Assembly (NCBI GenBank): GCA_964291675.2
Contig: OZ219865.1
Location: 736,001-800,000, forward strand
Length of the DNA: 64,000 nt
DNA from: Alphaproteobacteria bacterium
GTDB lineage: Bacteria; Pseudomonadota; Alphaproteobacteria; MPNO01
Reading direction: 5' to 3'
The notes beneath the pieces were generated by a model. It saw only the letters and a program-made list of their open reading frames with translations, had not been told where the DNA came from and did no database searches. The stretch's first letter is position 1. Every line of letters starts with the position of its first letter. Both the position numbers and the translations under genes were made by a program. Shown here piece by piece: positions 36,585 through 46,693 of the stretch.

Positions 36585-38681
36585 CTAGAACAGGTTGAGC
36601 CAGACGCTGGAGCGGAGCGCCGGGAACATGTCGCCGAGGACGGTCTGCGGCCACGGCACGAGCAGGATCTTGTGGAACAGCCAGTAGGAGAAGATGCCCA
36701 TCGGCACCGCGATGGCGAGCGTCGTGGTCCAGCTCTCCTTGCCCTCGTAGCGCATGTAGCCGACCAGGAACAGGAACATGGCGGGCAGGATGCCGACCAG
36801 CGCGGCGGCGCCGAAGAAGAACAGGAGCCAGCCGAAATAGACCGCGGCGCGCAGATAGATCGTGCGGGGCGGCATGTCGCCGTAATCGGCCTGGATGTCG
36901 AAATGCACGTCGTCGGTGCCGGGTCCGCCCTCTTCGCCCGCCGGCGCGCCGGCCAGCAGCCCGGTCGCCTCGACCCGGACCGGGCGCACGAACATCGCGC
37001 CCAGGATGAGCCACACGGTAAACAGGAGGCCGGCCCAGCCGACCGACTGCGGCACCAGCTTGGCGCCGAACTCCCATTGGGAAGAGACCGCGAGGCAGGT
37101 GGCGAAGAACGCGAGCACCAGGATTCCGAAGCCGAGATCGGGGTTGAGGCTCTCCGGCCGGAAGCCGAGCTGCGCGCGCTGCCTCTCCCCTCCCCGCGGC
37201 CGCGCCAGGTACCCCTTCAGGATCGGCCGCAGGATTCCGTAGAGCGTGAGGGCGAAAACGATCATGACGACCGGGAAGGTCAGCCACTCGGCACCGTAGC
37301 GCTCGACCGAGATGAACAGGTAGCGCTCGATCAGATTGCCGAGCACGAAGCCGAGGATCAGCGGCGGGCGCGGCCATTTCATCCGCTTCATCACCCAGCC
37401 GAAGAAGCCGAAGATCAACAGCGCGTAGATGTCGCCCCACTGCCTGGAGCCCTGGAAGGCGCCGACGAACACCACCGCGAGCACGACCGGCGCCAGGATG
37501 CCGATTCGCACCAGCGCCACCTTGGCGAGCTGGTTGGCGAACAGGAAGCAGATCCCGGCGCCGATCACGTTGGCGAAGGCGACCGACCAGACCAGGGTGT
37601 AGGTGACGTCGAGATGCTTGCTCAGCATCTCGGGGCCCGGCGTGATGCCGTGGATCAGGAACGCCCCCAGGATCAGCGCCATCGACGCCGAGCCCGGCAC
37701 GCCGAAGGCGATGGTGGGCACCAGCGCCCCGCCTTCCTTGGCGTTGTTGGAGCTTTCGGACGCGATCACGCCGCGCACGTCGCCCTTGCCGAAGCTGGTG
37801 GCGGTGTCCTTCTCGCTCCTCAGCGCGTGGCCGTAGGCGATCCAGTCGATCACCGAGGCGCCGATGCCCGGCACCGCGCCGAGGCTCGAGCCGATGGTGG
37901 CGCAGCGCAGCAGCAGGAACCAGTTGCGGAACACGTCGCGGATGCCGGCGAGCTGGCTCATCTCCGACTTGACCTGGCCCTCGGCGGCGATCCTCTGGCG
38001 GGTGATCGCCATGTCGGCGATCTCGGGGATCGCGAACAGGCCGAGCGCCAGCGGCACCACCGGCAGCCCGTCCCAGAGATAGAGCGAATCGAAGGTCCAG
38101 CGCAGCGTCCCGGTCTGCGGGTCGTCGCCCGCGGTCGCCACCATCAGCCCGATACAGGCCGCCGCCAGCCCCTTCAGCGGCGTGCCGCCGCTCAGCACCG
38201 CGGCCAGAGAGAGCCCGAAGACGCAGAACGACAACAGCTCGGGCGAGCCGATCGCGAGCATCACCGGGCGCAGGATCGGCACGCTGATCGCCAGCAGGAA
38301 GGCGCCGTAGATGCCGCCGATCACCGAGGACGAGAACGCGGCCCCGAAGGCGCGCCCGGCCTCGCCCTTCCGCGCCATCGGGTAGCCGTCGAGAATGGTC
38401 GCCGCCGAGCCCACCGTCCCCGGCACCCCGAACAGCACCGCCGGTATGGTGTCCGAGGTCACCACCACCGCCTGCAGGCCCATCAGGAAGGCGAGCGCGG
38501 TATAGGCGTCCATGTCGAAGGTGAACGGCAGCAGCAGCGACAGCCCGACCAGCCCGCCCAGCCCCGGGATGACGCCGAGCACCAGCCCGATCAGAACGCC
38601 GAGGGCGAGAAAGCCGATCCGCTCGGGATCTGCCATGATGGTCGCGGCCTTGATGGCCATGCCGAGCATGTCGGCTTCCAT
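36585..38681 (-). CDS. Tripartite tricarboxylate transporter permease TctA with a C-terminal TctB-like extension
   Basis: IPGLGG, LFGVPGT, DGYPMARKG, ESSNNAKEGG, IAFGVPGS. About 200 extra hydrophobic C-terminal residues ending LVPWP. Confidence 0.88.
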   Translation of the reverse strand: MEADMLGMAIKAATIMADPERIGFLALGVLIGLVLGVIPGLGGLVGLSLLLPFTFDMDAYTALAFLMGLQAVVVTSDTIPAVLFGVPGTVGSAATILDGYPMARKGEAGRAFGAAFSSSVIGGIYGAFLLAISVPILRPVMLAIGSPELLSFCVFGLSLAAVLSGGTPLKGLAAACIGLMVATAGDDPQTGTLRWTFDSLYLWDGLPVVPLALGLFAIPEIADMAITRQRIAAEGQVKSEMSQLAGIRDVFRNWFLLLRCATIGSSLGAVPGIGASVIDWIAYGHALRSEKDTATSFGKGDVRGVIASESSNNAKEGGALVPTIAFGVPGSASMALILGAFLIHGITPGPEMLSKHLDVTYTLVWSVAFANVIGAGICFLFANQLAKVALVRIGILAPVVLAVVFVGAFQGSRQWGDIYALLIFGFFGWVMKRMKWPRPPLILGFVLGNLIERYLFISVERYGAEWLTFPVVMIVFALTLYGILRPILKGYLARPRGGERQRAQLGFRPESLNPDLGFGILVLAFFATCLAVSSQWEFGAKLVPQSVGWAGLLFTVWLILGAMFVRPVRVEATGLLAGAPAGEEGGPGTDDVHFDIQADYGDMPPRTIYLRAAVYFGWLLFFFGAAALVGILPAMFLFLVGYMRYEGKESWTTTLAIAVPMGIFSYWLFHKILLVPWPQTVLGDMFPALRSSVWLNLF

Positions 38682-38733
38682 GGACGCCCCTGTTCTCCCG
38701 GTCAGTGCCGCGGCCGTTTCCGGCCGGCGATGT

Positions 38734-39969
38734 CTATTCCGCCGCGATCCGTTCGGGGAAGCGCTCGCTCACGTCGAGCTTGAACACCTTCTGCGCGTTC
38801 TCGCCGAGGATCTTGCGCTTCGCCCTCTCGTCGAGGAACGGCAGGTCCCAGATCACGCTCGGCAGGTCCATGTCCCAGTGCGGGTAGTCGGTGGCGAACA
38901 GCAGCGAGTTCTCGGCATCCATCGCCTTGAAGGTCGCCTCCAGCAGCCAGTCCTCGTTGGGCCGCTCCATCGGCTGGGTGGTGAAGTACATCTCCTTCAT
39001 GTACTCGCTCGGCAGCCGCTTGAGCGAGGGGCATTCCGAGCTTCGCATGCGGTATTCGTTGTCGAGCCGCATCATCAGCCAGGGCACCCAGGCGATGCCC
39101 GACTCGATCCAGACCGTCTTGAGGTTGGGGAACCGCTCGGGCAGGCCGTTGACCACCCAGTTGGTGCAGTGGACGACGTTGTACCAGGTGAAGCCCAGCG
39201 CGTGGACGGCGATGAACCGGTTCGAGGTGCGGAACATCGGGTCGTCCCAGTTGAACCCCGAGTGGAAGCCGAGCGGCAGGCCGCGCTCCTCGACGGCGCG
39301 GTAGATCTTCATGTAGTCGTTGTCGTGCACCGGCTTGTGGCGCACCGAGGTGACCATGAAGCCGATCACGCCGGGACAGTCGGCGAAGTCCTCGACCATC
39401 TTCATCGCCGCTTCGTGGTCGTTGAACGGCAGATACAGCATCGACTTGATGCGCGACGAGCCGGGCAGCACGCGCTCGACCAGCCAGCGGTTATAGGCGC
39501 GCGCCAGGTGGTGCTCGACCTCGGGTTGCGGGTGCATGGCGAGCCCGAGCATCGGCGTCGGGAACATGCAGGAGTAGTCGACCCCCATCGCGTCCATCCA
39601 GCGATGGCCGAGATGGATGTCGCGGTGCACCCCGTCGGCCGGGGTCTGCTCCATGCGCCTCAGCGGGTAGCGCGTCACCCTGCCGCCGACATCCTGGTAG
39701 CCGACCCGGCCGAGGGCGAACATGCCGCCGCCGCGCTGGGCGACCTGGCCGCCGGAGCGGGCGAGCTGCTGGAGGACCGGATCCTCCATGTATTCCATGA
39801 TCTCGGCCATCGATTCGCTCTCGTAGTGGTGCGAATCGACATCGACGATCAGCACGTCCTGCAAGCCCCGCCGGTCGCGCTGCCTGGCCGCGTTGGCCAG
39901 CACCTTGTCGGTGTCGAACGAATCGACGCTCATGCGGAAGAACTGTTCGTTGCCGGTCGGGAGCTCCAT
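38734..39969 (-). CDS. Amidohydrolase-2 family protein, close paralog of 13526-14764
   Basis: IVDVDSHHYE, GFHSG, ERFPNLKTVWIESG, TDYPHWD. Confidence 0.88.
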   Translation of the reverse strand: MELPTGNEQFFRMSVDSFDTDKVLANAARQRDRRGLQDVLIVDVDSHHYESESMAEIMEYMEDPVLQQLARSGGQVAQRGGGMFALGRVGYQDVGGRVTRYPLRRMEQTPADGVHRDIHLGHRWMDAMGVDYSCMFPTPMLGLAMHPQPEVEHHLARAYNRWLVERVLPGSSRIKSMLYLPFNDHEAAMKMVEDFADCPGVIGFMVTSVRHKPVHDNDYMKIYRAVEERGLPLGFHSGFNWDDPMFRTSNRFIAVHALGFTWYNVVHCTNWVVNGLPERFPNLKTVWIESGIAWVPWLMMRLDNEYRMRSSECPSLKRLPSEYMKEMYFTTQPMERPNEDWLLEATFKAMDAENSLLFATDYPHWDMDLPSVIWDLPFLDERAKRKILGENAQKVFKLDVSERFPERIAAE

Positions 39970-40010
39970 TCAACCCTCCTCGGTCGGACCGCTGCCCTAG
40001 GTTGTGGCGA

Positions 40011-41321
40011 TTACAGCAGCCCGGGAAGCCATGTTGCAAGGGGCGGGAACGCGGCGATCACGATCATCCCCGCCAGGAAGATGCCGACGAACGGCCAGGT
40101 GGCGCGGAATATGTCGCTCAACGGCACATCGGGCGCCGATCCCTTGAAGGCGAACATGGTGTAGCCGAAGGGCGGCGTGATCCCGCCTACGGTGACGTTC
40201 AAGAGCATGATCAGCCAGAACCAGATCGGGTCGAAGCCGAGCGTCTGCAGCAGCGGCTGGTAGATCGGGATCACCACCAGCATGAGGGCGATCTGGTCGA
40301 TGAACATGCAGAGGATGAAGGGGATCAGCATCATGATGAACAGCATCACGTAAGGCTCGAAATCGAGCGTCACGATCAGCGTCGTCAGCTCCCGGGTCGA
40401 GCCGGTGAAGGCGAGCAGCTGGCTGAACATCTTGGAGCTCGCCATGATCACCAGGATCATCGAGGTGATGAAGGCCGCCGAGGCCACCGATTCGGAGACC
40501 ATCTTCCAGGAGAGCTTGCGGTAGTAGATCGCGGTCAGCAGCGCGCCGAGCACCCCGGTCGCGGCCGATTCCGACGGCGTCGCGATGCCGAGCAGGATGA
40601 AGCCCATCACGCAGAATATGATGACCGCGAACGGCAGCACGCGGAGCACCGCGACCACCATCTCCCAAGGGGTCACCTCGGGCGCGGTGTCGGAATCGCC
40701 GTAGGGTGCGAGCTCCGGGTTGGCCCGCACGCGGGCGAAGATGTAGATCAGGAACATCCCCGACAGCAGCAGACCCGGCACGATGCCGGCGATCAGCAGC
40801 CCGGCGATCGACACGTCGGCGAGCGTCCCGATGATGATCACCAGCACGCTCGGCGGGATGATCGGCGCCAGGCTGGCGCCGGCCAGAATCGCCCCGGTCG
40901 ACAGGCTGGAGTCGTATTTGCGCTCGATCATGCCGGGGTAGAGGGTGCGCGCCATCATCGCCGCCACCCCCATCGCCGCGCCGGAGAGCGCGCCGAAGAT
41001 GGTCGACAGCACGATGCACAGCACGTATTGCCGCCCGCGCACCTTGCCGACCAGCTTGTCGACCGAATCGAACAGGATGTCGATCGAGCCCGAGCGGAAC
41101 AGCAGCTCGCCCATCAGGATGAACAGCGGGATCGCCGAGAGCGCCGCGATGTTGGTGGTCTCGAAGATCGAGTTGGCGACCATGCCGAAGCCCGGCTGGC
41201 CGAGCACGATCAGCACGCCGGCGATGTTGATCACCAGGAAGGCGATGAAGATCGGCGCGCCGGTCATGAACGCGGCCAGCAGGACCGCGAGCCCGCCCGA
41301 CAATGTGCCCCACCAGACCAT
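40011..41321 (-). CDS. TRAP transporter large permease (DctM)
   Basis: AIPLFILMGE, IIPPS, ATPSES, ITPPFG. Confidence 0.92.
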   Translation of the reverse strand: MVWWGTLSGGLAVLLAAFMTGAPIFIAFLVINIAGVLIVLGQPGFGMVANSIFETTNIAALSAIPLFILMGELLFRSGSIDILFDSVDKLVGKVRGRQYVLCIVLSTIFGALSGAAMGVAAMMARTLYPGMIERKYDSSLSTGAILAGASLAPIIPPSVLVIIIGTLADVSIAGLLIAGIVPGLLLSGMFLIYIFARVRANPELAPYGDSDTAPEVTPWEMVVAVLRVLPFAVIIFCVMGFILLGIATPSESAATGVLGALLTAIYYRKLSWKMVSESVASAAFITSMILVIMASSKMFSQLLAFTGSTRELTTLIVTLDFEPYVMLFIMMLIPFILCMFIDQIALMLVVIPIYQPLLQTLGFDPIWFWLIMLLNVTVGGITPPFGYTMFAFKGSAPDVPLSDIFRATWPFVGIFLAGMIVIAAFPPLATWLPGLL

Positions 41322-41323
41322 GG

Positions 41324-41845
41324 TCAGCCGTGCATCCCGCTCGCCGGCTTCTCGACGCCGAGCGTCCGCGGGTCGAGCATGCGCAGGAAATAGATCGCCG
41401 AGGAGGCGAAGCCGTAGGTGATCCAGGCGGAGATGTAGATCTTGGGGATCGGCTTCACCTTCATCAAATGGACGTCCTTGACGATCTGGCGGATGTTCTC
41501 GTCGAGGCTGATCCAGGTCGCCGCGGCGCAGGCGAGGAAGCCGGCGAGATAGATGAACCAGTACAGGAAACGCGTCTTTTCCTGGGCGAACATGTCGAGG
41601 ATGACGGTCACCGCGACATGGCCCTTCTCCCTGGTGACATGGGGCATCATCAGGAAGGCGCCGATGCACAGCGAATACTGCACCGCCTCGCTCGACCACC
41701 AGGTCGGCGCGGCGAAGAAGTAGCGCGCGAACACCTCGTAGCAATAGGCGAAGACGATGATGCCGAGGCAGAGCTTGGAGAGGTGGAAGCCGACCTGCGT
41801 GACCCCGTCGTGCAGCCGCGCAAGCGCATTCAGCGCCTCACCCAT
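41324..41845 (-). CDS. TRAP transporter small permease (DctQ)
   Basis: EVFARYFFAAPTWW, GHVAV, four TM segments. Confidence 0.88.
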   Translation of the reverse strand: MGEALNALARLHDGVTQVGFHLSKLCLGIIVFAYCYEVFARYFFAAPTWWSSEAVQYSLCIGAFLMMPHVTREKGHVAVTVILDMFAQEKTRFLYWFIYLAGFLACAAATWISLDENIRQIVKDVHLMKVKPIPKIYISAWITYGFASSAIYFLRMLDPRTLGVEKPASGMHG

Positions 41846-41892
41846 CGCCCCGTCCCCGGCACCCCGTCATCGGTCGTACGCCCGCGGGAACG

Positions 41893-42879
41893 TCAGTCGG
41901 TCATGCCCGCGTCTTTGGCGAGCTTGTAGAGGGCGTCCGCCCCGTCGCCGCAGCAATCGCGCGTGGTCTTCCACAGGCTCGTGCTCCAGGCCTTCTTGAC
42001 CAGGGCGGCCTTCTCCGGCGACAGGTGGAGCGTCTTCACGCCGAACCCGTCGAGCTTGGCGGTCTCGTCGGCGAGGATCTGCCTGCCCACCCACGGCATC
42101 TCGAGCTCGGTCTCGCGCCCGGCCGCCAGCAACACGCCCTTCTCCTTGTCGTTGAGCTTGTTCCACGAATCGAGGTTGACCAGGACCGGCACGTTGGACG
42201 TGCCGAAGGTCGGGCGGACGCGGTACTTGGCGACCTCGAAATGCTTCATCGACAGCATCCCGGCCGCCGGCCAGCAAGCGCCGTCGACCACGCCCTTCTC
42301 CAGCGCGGAATAGATCTGCGACCCGGGCAGCACGACCGGCGAGCCGCCGAGCGCGCGGATCACGCCGTGATAGGAGAGCGTGCCCCTGATCTTGCGGCCC
42401 TTCACGTCGCCCTCGGAGCTGAGCGGCTCCTTGAGGAACATGTGGTAGCCCGAGAAGCTCGCCGCCGGAAGGGTGACCATCTTCAGGTTGTTGTGCTTCT
42501 GGTAGTACTTGTCGACGAAGTCCCAGATGCCCGCCTCGCGGCGCTTCAGGGGGTCTATGTCGATCGTATCGACCACCAGGGCGATGCCCTTCGACCCGGC
42601 GTGGTAGACGCCATGGGTAAACAGCATGTCGAACACGCCCGAGGCGACCGGCTGGAGCTGTTCGAAGGGAGGCACGACCTCGGGTCCCGATATGCTGATC
42701 TTGACGGTGTCGCCGCCGATCTCCTCCACATTGTCCAAGAACTGCTGGAGCACCGCGTAGGTCGGCCAGTTGTTCTTGTTCCAGCTGGTCAGCAGCTTGA
42801 GGCTCGCCGCCTCGACGGCGCCGGCCATGGCGACCGCAAGCGCCGCGCCGGCGAGCGGCGCGGTCCACATCCTCTTCAT
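41893..42879 (-). CDS. TRAP transporter substrate-binding protein (DctP)
   Basis: Signal peptide, KGRKIR, IYSALEKGVVDG. Confidence 0.9.
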   Translation of the reverse strand: MKRMWTAPLAGAALAVAMAGAVEAASLKLLTSWNKNNWPTYAVLQQFLDNVEEIGGDTVKISISGPEVVPPFEQLQPVASGVFDMLFTHGVYHAGSKGIALVVDTIDIDPLKRREAGIWDFVDKYYQKHNNLKMVTLPAASFSGYHMFLKEPLSSEGDVKGRKIRGTLSYHGVIRALGGSPVVLPGSQIYSALEKGVVDGACWPAAGMLSMKHFEVAKYRVRPTFGTSNVPVLVNLDSWNKLNDKEKGVLLAAGRETELEMPWVGRQILADETAKLDGFGVKTLHLSPEKAALVKKAWSTSLWKTTRDCCGDGADALYKLAKDAGMTD

Positions 42880-43027
42880 GTCGGGTTCCTCCCAATTGTT
42901 CTCCGGCCGGTGCCGGCGGCGCCATTTAATCAACCGGCCCATGGCGGGACAAGACCGGCCTGGCATGACAACGGCGGGCCGCGCTGCCACAGTGCCGCCG
43001 GACATCGAACGGGGAGACAGCGATCAC

Positions 43028-43786
43028 ATGACCGGCCCGACCACGCGCATCGGCAGCGCCACCTCGGACACCTCGCAATTCCGCATGCGCGGCAAGGACG
43101 TGCTGTCGGAGATCGTAGGCCATATGAGCTTCACCGAGGCCTTCTACTTCATCGTCACCGGCCGCGAGCTCACCCGGGAGCAGGGGCGCATCTTCGATGC
43201 CTGCGTGATCGTGCTGATGGACCACGGCATCACGCCGCAGGCCCTGGTCTCCCGGCTGGTGCACGACGCGGTGCCGACCGACCTCCAGGTCCCGGTCGCC
43301 TCCGGGCTGCTGATGGTGGGCAACAAGTTCGCCGGCACCATGGCCGGCTGCGGCCGGCTCCTGCAGGACTGCATGGCGCAGGACGGCGACCGCCGCGCCT
43401 GGCTCGCCGACACGGTCGCCTCGTTCCGCGCCCAGCGCCGCTTCGTCCCGGGCTTCGGCCACCCCTATTACAAGCCGGAGGACCCGCGCGCCGCCCGCCT
43501 GTTCGAGATCGCCGAGGCCAACGGCGCCAGGGGCGAGTACATCGCGCTGGTCAAGACGCTCGGCGAGGAGGTCGACCGGGCGACCGGCCGGCACCTGACG
43601 CTGAACGTCACCGGCGCGCTGGGCGCGGTGCTGAGCGAGATCGACTTCCCGGTCGAGGTCATGCGGGCGTGCTCGGTGGTCGGCCGCGCCGCCGGGCTGG
43701 TGGCGCACGTGCTGGAGGAGCAGTCCAGCCCGATCGTGCCCGACGTGGTCGATTTCGTGAACGCGATCCCCTACGTCGAGGAGTGA
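43028..43786 (+). CDS. Citryl-CoA lyase / citrate synthase-like protein
   Basis: MRGKDV, LMDHGITP, VPGFGHP, DPRA, LNVTGA, RAAGLVAH. Confidence 0.85.
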   Translation: MTGPTTRIGSATSDTSQFRMRGKDVLSEIVGHMSFTEAFYFIVTGRELTREQGRIFDACVIVLMDHGITPQALVSRLVHDAVPTDLQVPVASGLLMVGNKFAGTMAGCGRLLQDCMAQDGDRRAWLADTVASFRAQRRFVPGFGHPYYKPEDPRAARLFEIAEANGARGEYIALVKTLGEEVDRATGRHLTLNVTGALGAVLSEIDFPVEVMRACSVVGRAAGLVAHVLEEQSSPIVPDVVDFVNAIPYVEE

Positions 43787-43805
43787 GCGGGGCTGCGCCC
43801 CGTCC

Positions 43806-44171
43806 CTACCACAGCCAGCTCGCCGGGTCGGGGTAGGGCTCAGACCTGGCCAGGGATTTGAGGCCCTTCACGCTGCGCACGATCCACCACACCAGCCCCG
43901 CGAGCAGCACGACGTAGCCGACAAGGAAGAACGAGCCCACCGCGCCGACCACGCCGATGAGAAGGCCGATCCAGAAACTGCGGATCTGAAGCCGGTAGTG
44001 GCTGGCGACCCACTCGGCGGCGTCGCCCCGGTTCACATAGGACATGATCAGCCCGACGATGGCGAGCGGCCAGAAGACGATGGCGACGAGGTAGAGGATG
44101 TAGACGATGTTCGCGGTGCCGGCGCCCGCCGCCTCCTCAGCTCCGGCAGGCTGGATTTCGGTGTTCGGCAT
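43806..44171 (-). CDS. Small membrane protein (DUF4870-like)
   Basis: IVYILYL, YVNRG, SHYRLQIRSFW, RSVKG. Confidence 0.75.
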   Translation of the reverse strand: MPNTEIQPAGAEEAAGAGTANIVYILYLVAIVFWPLAIVGLIMSYVNRGDAAEWVASHYRLQIRSFWIGLLIGVVGAVGSFFLVGYVVLLAGLVWWIVRSVKGLKSLARSEPYPDPASWLW

Positions 44172-44287
44172 CGGTTTCCCCCCGCTGTGGCAGCCATGCT
44201 GCCGACCGGCTCAGAAGCGATACCTTATACAATCCTGAGTTGTAGCAGGCCAGCGGGAAGCCCCGCCCGACCGCCCGGCGCCGCGTC

Positions 44288-45403
44288 TCAGGGCGCGTCG
44301 GCCGTGTCGATGTGGATGTGCACCGGCTCCGGGCCGTCCTCGATCTCGCGGCCGAGCACCCGGACCGCCTTCTCCGCCTCGGCGACCGGGTAGCTGTGGG
44401 TGCACAGCACCGCGAGCTCGCGCCAGCGCGATTTCAGGATGTCGATCGCCTTCACGGTGTCGATCCAGTCCGACGACAGCACGCCGAGCAGCGAGATCTC
44501 GCGGAACACCAGCTTGTCGGTGTAGAGGTCGTTCAGCGCGTTGTCGGTCTTGAGGCCGGCGACGACGACGTTGCCGCCCTTGCGCACCATGTCGACGGCC
44601 TGGAGCAGCGGCTCGGTCGCGTGCGCCGATACGTCGACCACCACGTCGGCGCCGTGCCCGCCGGTGAGCGCGCGCACGCGCTCGACCGGGTCTTCGACGC
44701 TCACGTCGATCGTCGCGTCGGCGCCGAGCGCGCGGGCGAGCTCCAGGCGCCTCGCATCCGCGCCGGTGCCGGTCACGATCACCTGCCCGGCGCCGAGCTC
44801 GCGCGCCACCACCACCGAGAGCAGCCCGCGCTGGCCGGGACCGGAGATCGCCACCGTGTCGCCGGCGCGGGTCCGCGGCCGTTCGCCGGCCCAGCGCACC
44901 GCGTTGGACAGCGGGTTGAACAGGCTGAGCGCGTCGGTCGGGATGTCGTCGGGCGCCCGGTGGAGCCGGGTCCGGGGGTGGAGGTAGAGGTGGCTCGCGT
45001 ATCCGCCCCAGAGATGGGGCGGCGTGTCGAACCCCATGCGCAGCCCGTACCCCATGTTGCTGTCGCAAAGGACGGTGCGGTTGTCCCGGCAGTAGCGGCA
45101 CTCGCCGCAGCCGATGGACGTCTCGACGATCACCCGGTCGCCTTCCTTCACCCCCCAGCGCCTGAGCGCGTCCGGACCCGCGCGGTCGATCCAGCCGAAG
45201 ATCTCGTGCCCCGGGACGATCGGGAACAGGCCGCGCCCCGACGCGCCGAGCCGCCCGTCGTATTGCTCGTAATCGGTGCCGCAGATCCCGGCCGCCTCCA
45301 CGCGGAGCACGCCGTCATCGGCGCCGATCCCGGGGATCGCCACCTCGCGGTAATCGAACGCGCGCGGCCCGGTCAGCACCGCCGCGAAGGCCGGGTCCGC
45401 CAC
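44288..45403 (-). CDS. Zinc-binding medium-chain dehydrogenase
   Basis: GICGTD, GHE, CGECRYC...C, GPGQRG. Confidence 0.92.
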   Translation of the reverse strand: MADPAFAAVLTGPRAFDYREVAIPGIGADDGVLRVEAAGICGTDYEQYDGRLGASGRGLFPIVPGHEIFGWIDRAGPDALRRWGVKEGDRVIVETSIGCGECRYCRDNRTVLCDSNMGYGLRMGFDTPPHLWGGYASHLYLHPRTRLHRAPDDIPTDALSLFNPLSNAVRWAGERPRTRAGDTVAISGPGQRGLLSVVVARELGAGQVIVTGTGADARRLELARALGADATIDVSVEDPVERVRALTGGHGADVVVDVSAHATEPLLQAVDMVRKGGNVVVAGLKTDNALNDLYTDKLVFREISLLGVLSSDWIDTVKAIDILKSRWRELAVLCTHSYPVAEAEKAVRVLGREIEDGPEPVHIHIDTADAP

Positions 45404-45501
45404 CGTCGCCCTCCCGCTTGATTCTTCGCCGCCGGCGGGAAATCATAGCAGCCGCCTGACCGGCCCGCGAGGCGGGCGCAATCGAACCCGGGAATATCCG
45501 C

Positions 45502-46668
45502 ATGACCGCATGCATGGTGGGCTGGTCCCACACCAAGTTCGGCAAGCACGAGGACCGCGACCTCGAATCGCTGATCGCCGAGGTGACGCTGGGCGCGCTG
45601 GAGGACGCGGGCGTGGCCCCGGCGGATATCGACGAGATCTATATCGGCCACTGCAATGGCGGCTTCGTGCGCCAGGAGTTCCCCTCCTCGCTGGTCCTCC
45701 AGGCGCATGACGATCTGCGCTTCACGCCGTCGACCCGGGTGGAGAACGCCTGCGCGACCGGATCGGCGGCGATCCACCAGGGGATGAACGCGATCGCCGC
45801 CCGCAAGGCACGCCGCGTGCTGGTGGTCGGCGTCGAGAAGATGACCGAGCTCGCCGGCGCGGCGATCGGCGAGGTGCTGGTCAAGGCGAGCTACGTCAAG
45901 GAGGAAGGCGGCGAGAACGGCAGCTTCGCCGCCATCTTCGGCCGCATCGCCGAGCGCTACTACCAGCAATACGGCGACCAAACGGACGTGCTGGCGAAGA
46001 TCGCCGCCAAGAACCACGCCAACGGCGCGGTCAACCCGCTCGCCCATTTCCAGAAGGATCTCGGCTTCGAGTTCTGCCGCACGCCCTCCGACAGGAACCC
46101 GATCGTCGCCGGACCGCTCAAGCGGACCGACTGCTCGCCGGTCACCGACGGCGCGGCGGCGCTGGTGCTGACCGATTTCGACACCGCGCTCTCCCACGAC
46201 AAGGCGGTGGTGTTCCGCGCCGCCCGCCACGTCAACGAGTTCCTGCCGATGAGCCGCCGCGACCCGACGCGTTTCGAAGGCGCCGAGCGGGTCTGGCGGC
46301 ACGCCTTCGAGGACTCGGGGCTCTTGCTCGACGATCTCGACCTGCTGGAGGTGCACGATTGCTTCACCATCGCCGAGCTGATGATCTACGAGGCGCTCGG
46401 CCTGACCGCGCGCGGCGAAGGCGCGATCGCGGTCGAGGAGGGCTGGACCGAGAAGACCGGCAGGCTGCCGATCAACCCGTCCGGCGGGCTCAAGTCCAAG
46501 GGCCACCCGATCGGCGCGACGGGCGTCTCGATGCACGTGATGGCGGCGATGCAGGTGCGCGGCGATGCCGGGCCGATCCAGGTGCCGGACGCCAGGCTCG
46601 CCGGCGTGTTCAACATGGGCGGCAGCGGCGTCGCCAACTACGCGAGCATCCTGGAGCCGCTCCGCTGA
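45502..46668 (+). CDS. Thiolase (acetyl-CoA acetyltransferase, SCP-x-like type)
   Basis: ENACATG, DCSPVTDGAAA, EVHDCF, GHPIGATG, NMGG. Confidence 0.9.
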   Translation: MTACMVGWSHTKFGKHEDRDLESLIAEVTLGALEDAGVAPADIDEIYIGHCNGGFVRQEFPSSLVLQAHDDLRFTPSTRVENACATGSAAIHQGMNAIAARKARRVLVVGVEKMTELAGAAIGEVLVKASYVKEEGGENGSFAAIFGRIAERYYQQYGDQTDVLAKIAAKNHANGAVNPLAHFQKDLGFEFCRTPSDRNPIVAGPLKRTDCSPVTDGAAALVLTDFDTALSHDKAVVFRAARHVNEFLPMSRRDPTRFEGAERVWRHAFEDSGLLLDDLDLLEVHDCFTIAELMIYEALGLTARGEGAIAVEEGWTEKTGRLPINPSGGLKSKGHPIGATGVSMHVMAAMQVRGDAGPIQVPDARLAGVFNMGGSGVANYASILEPLR

Positions 46669-46693
46669 TCCGGTAGGGGGCGGAAACCCGGCG

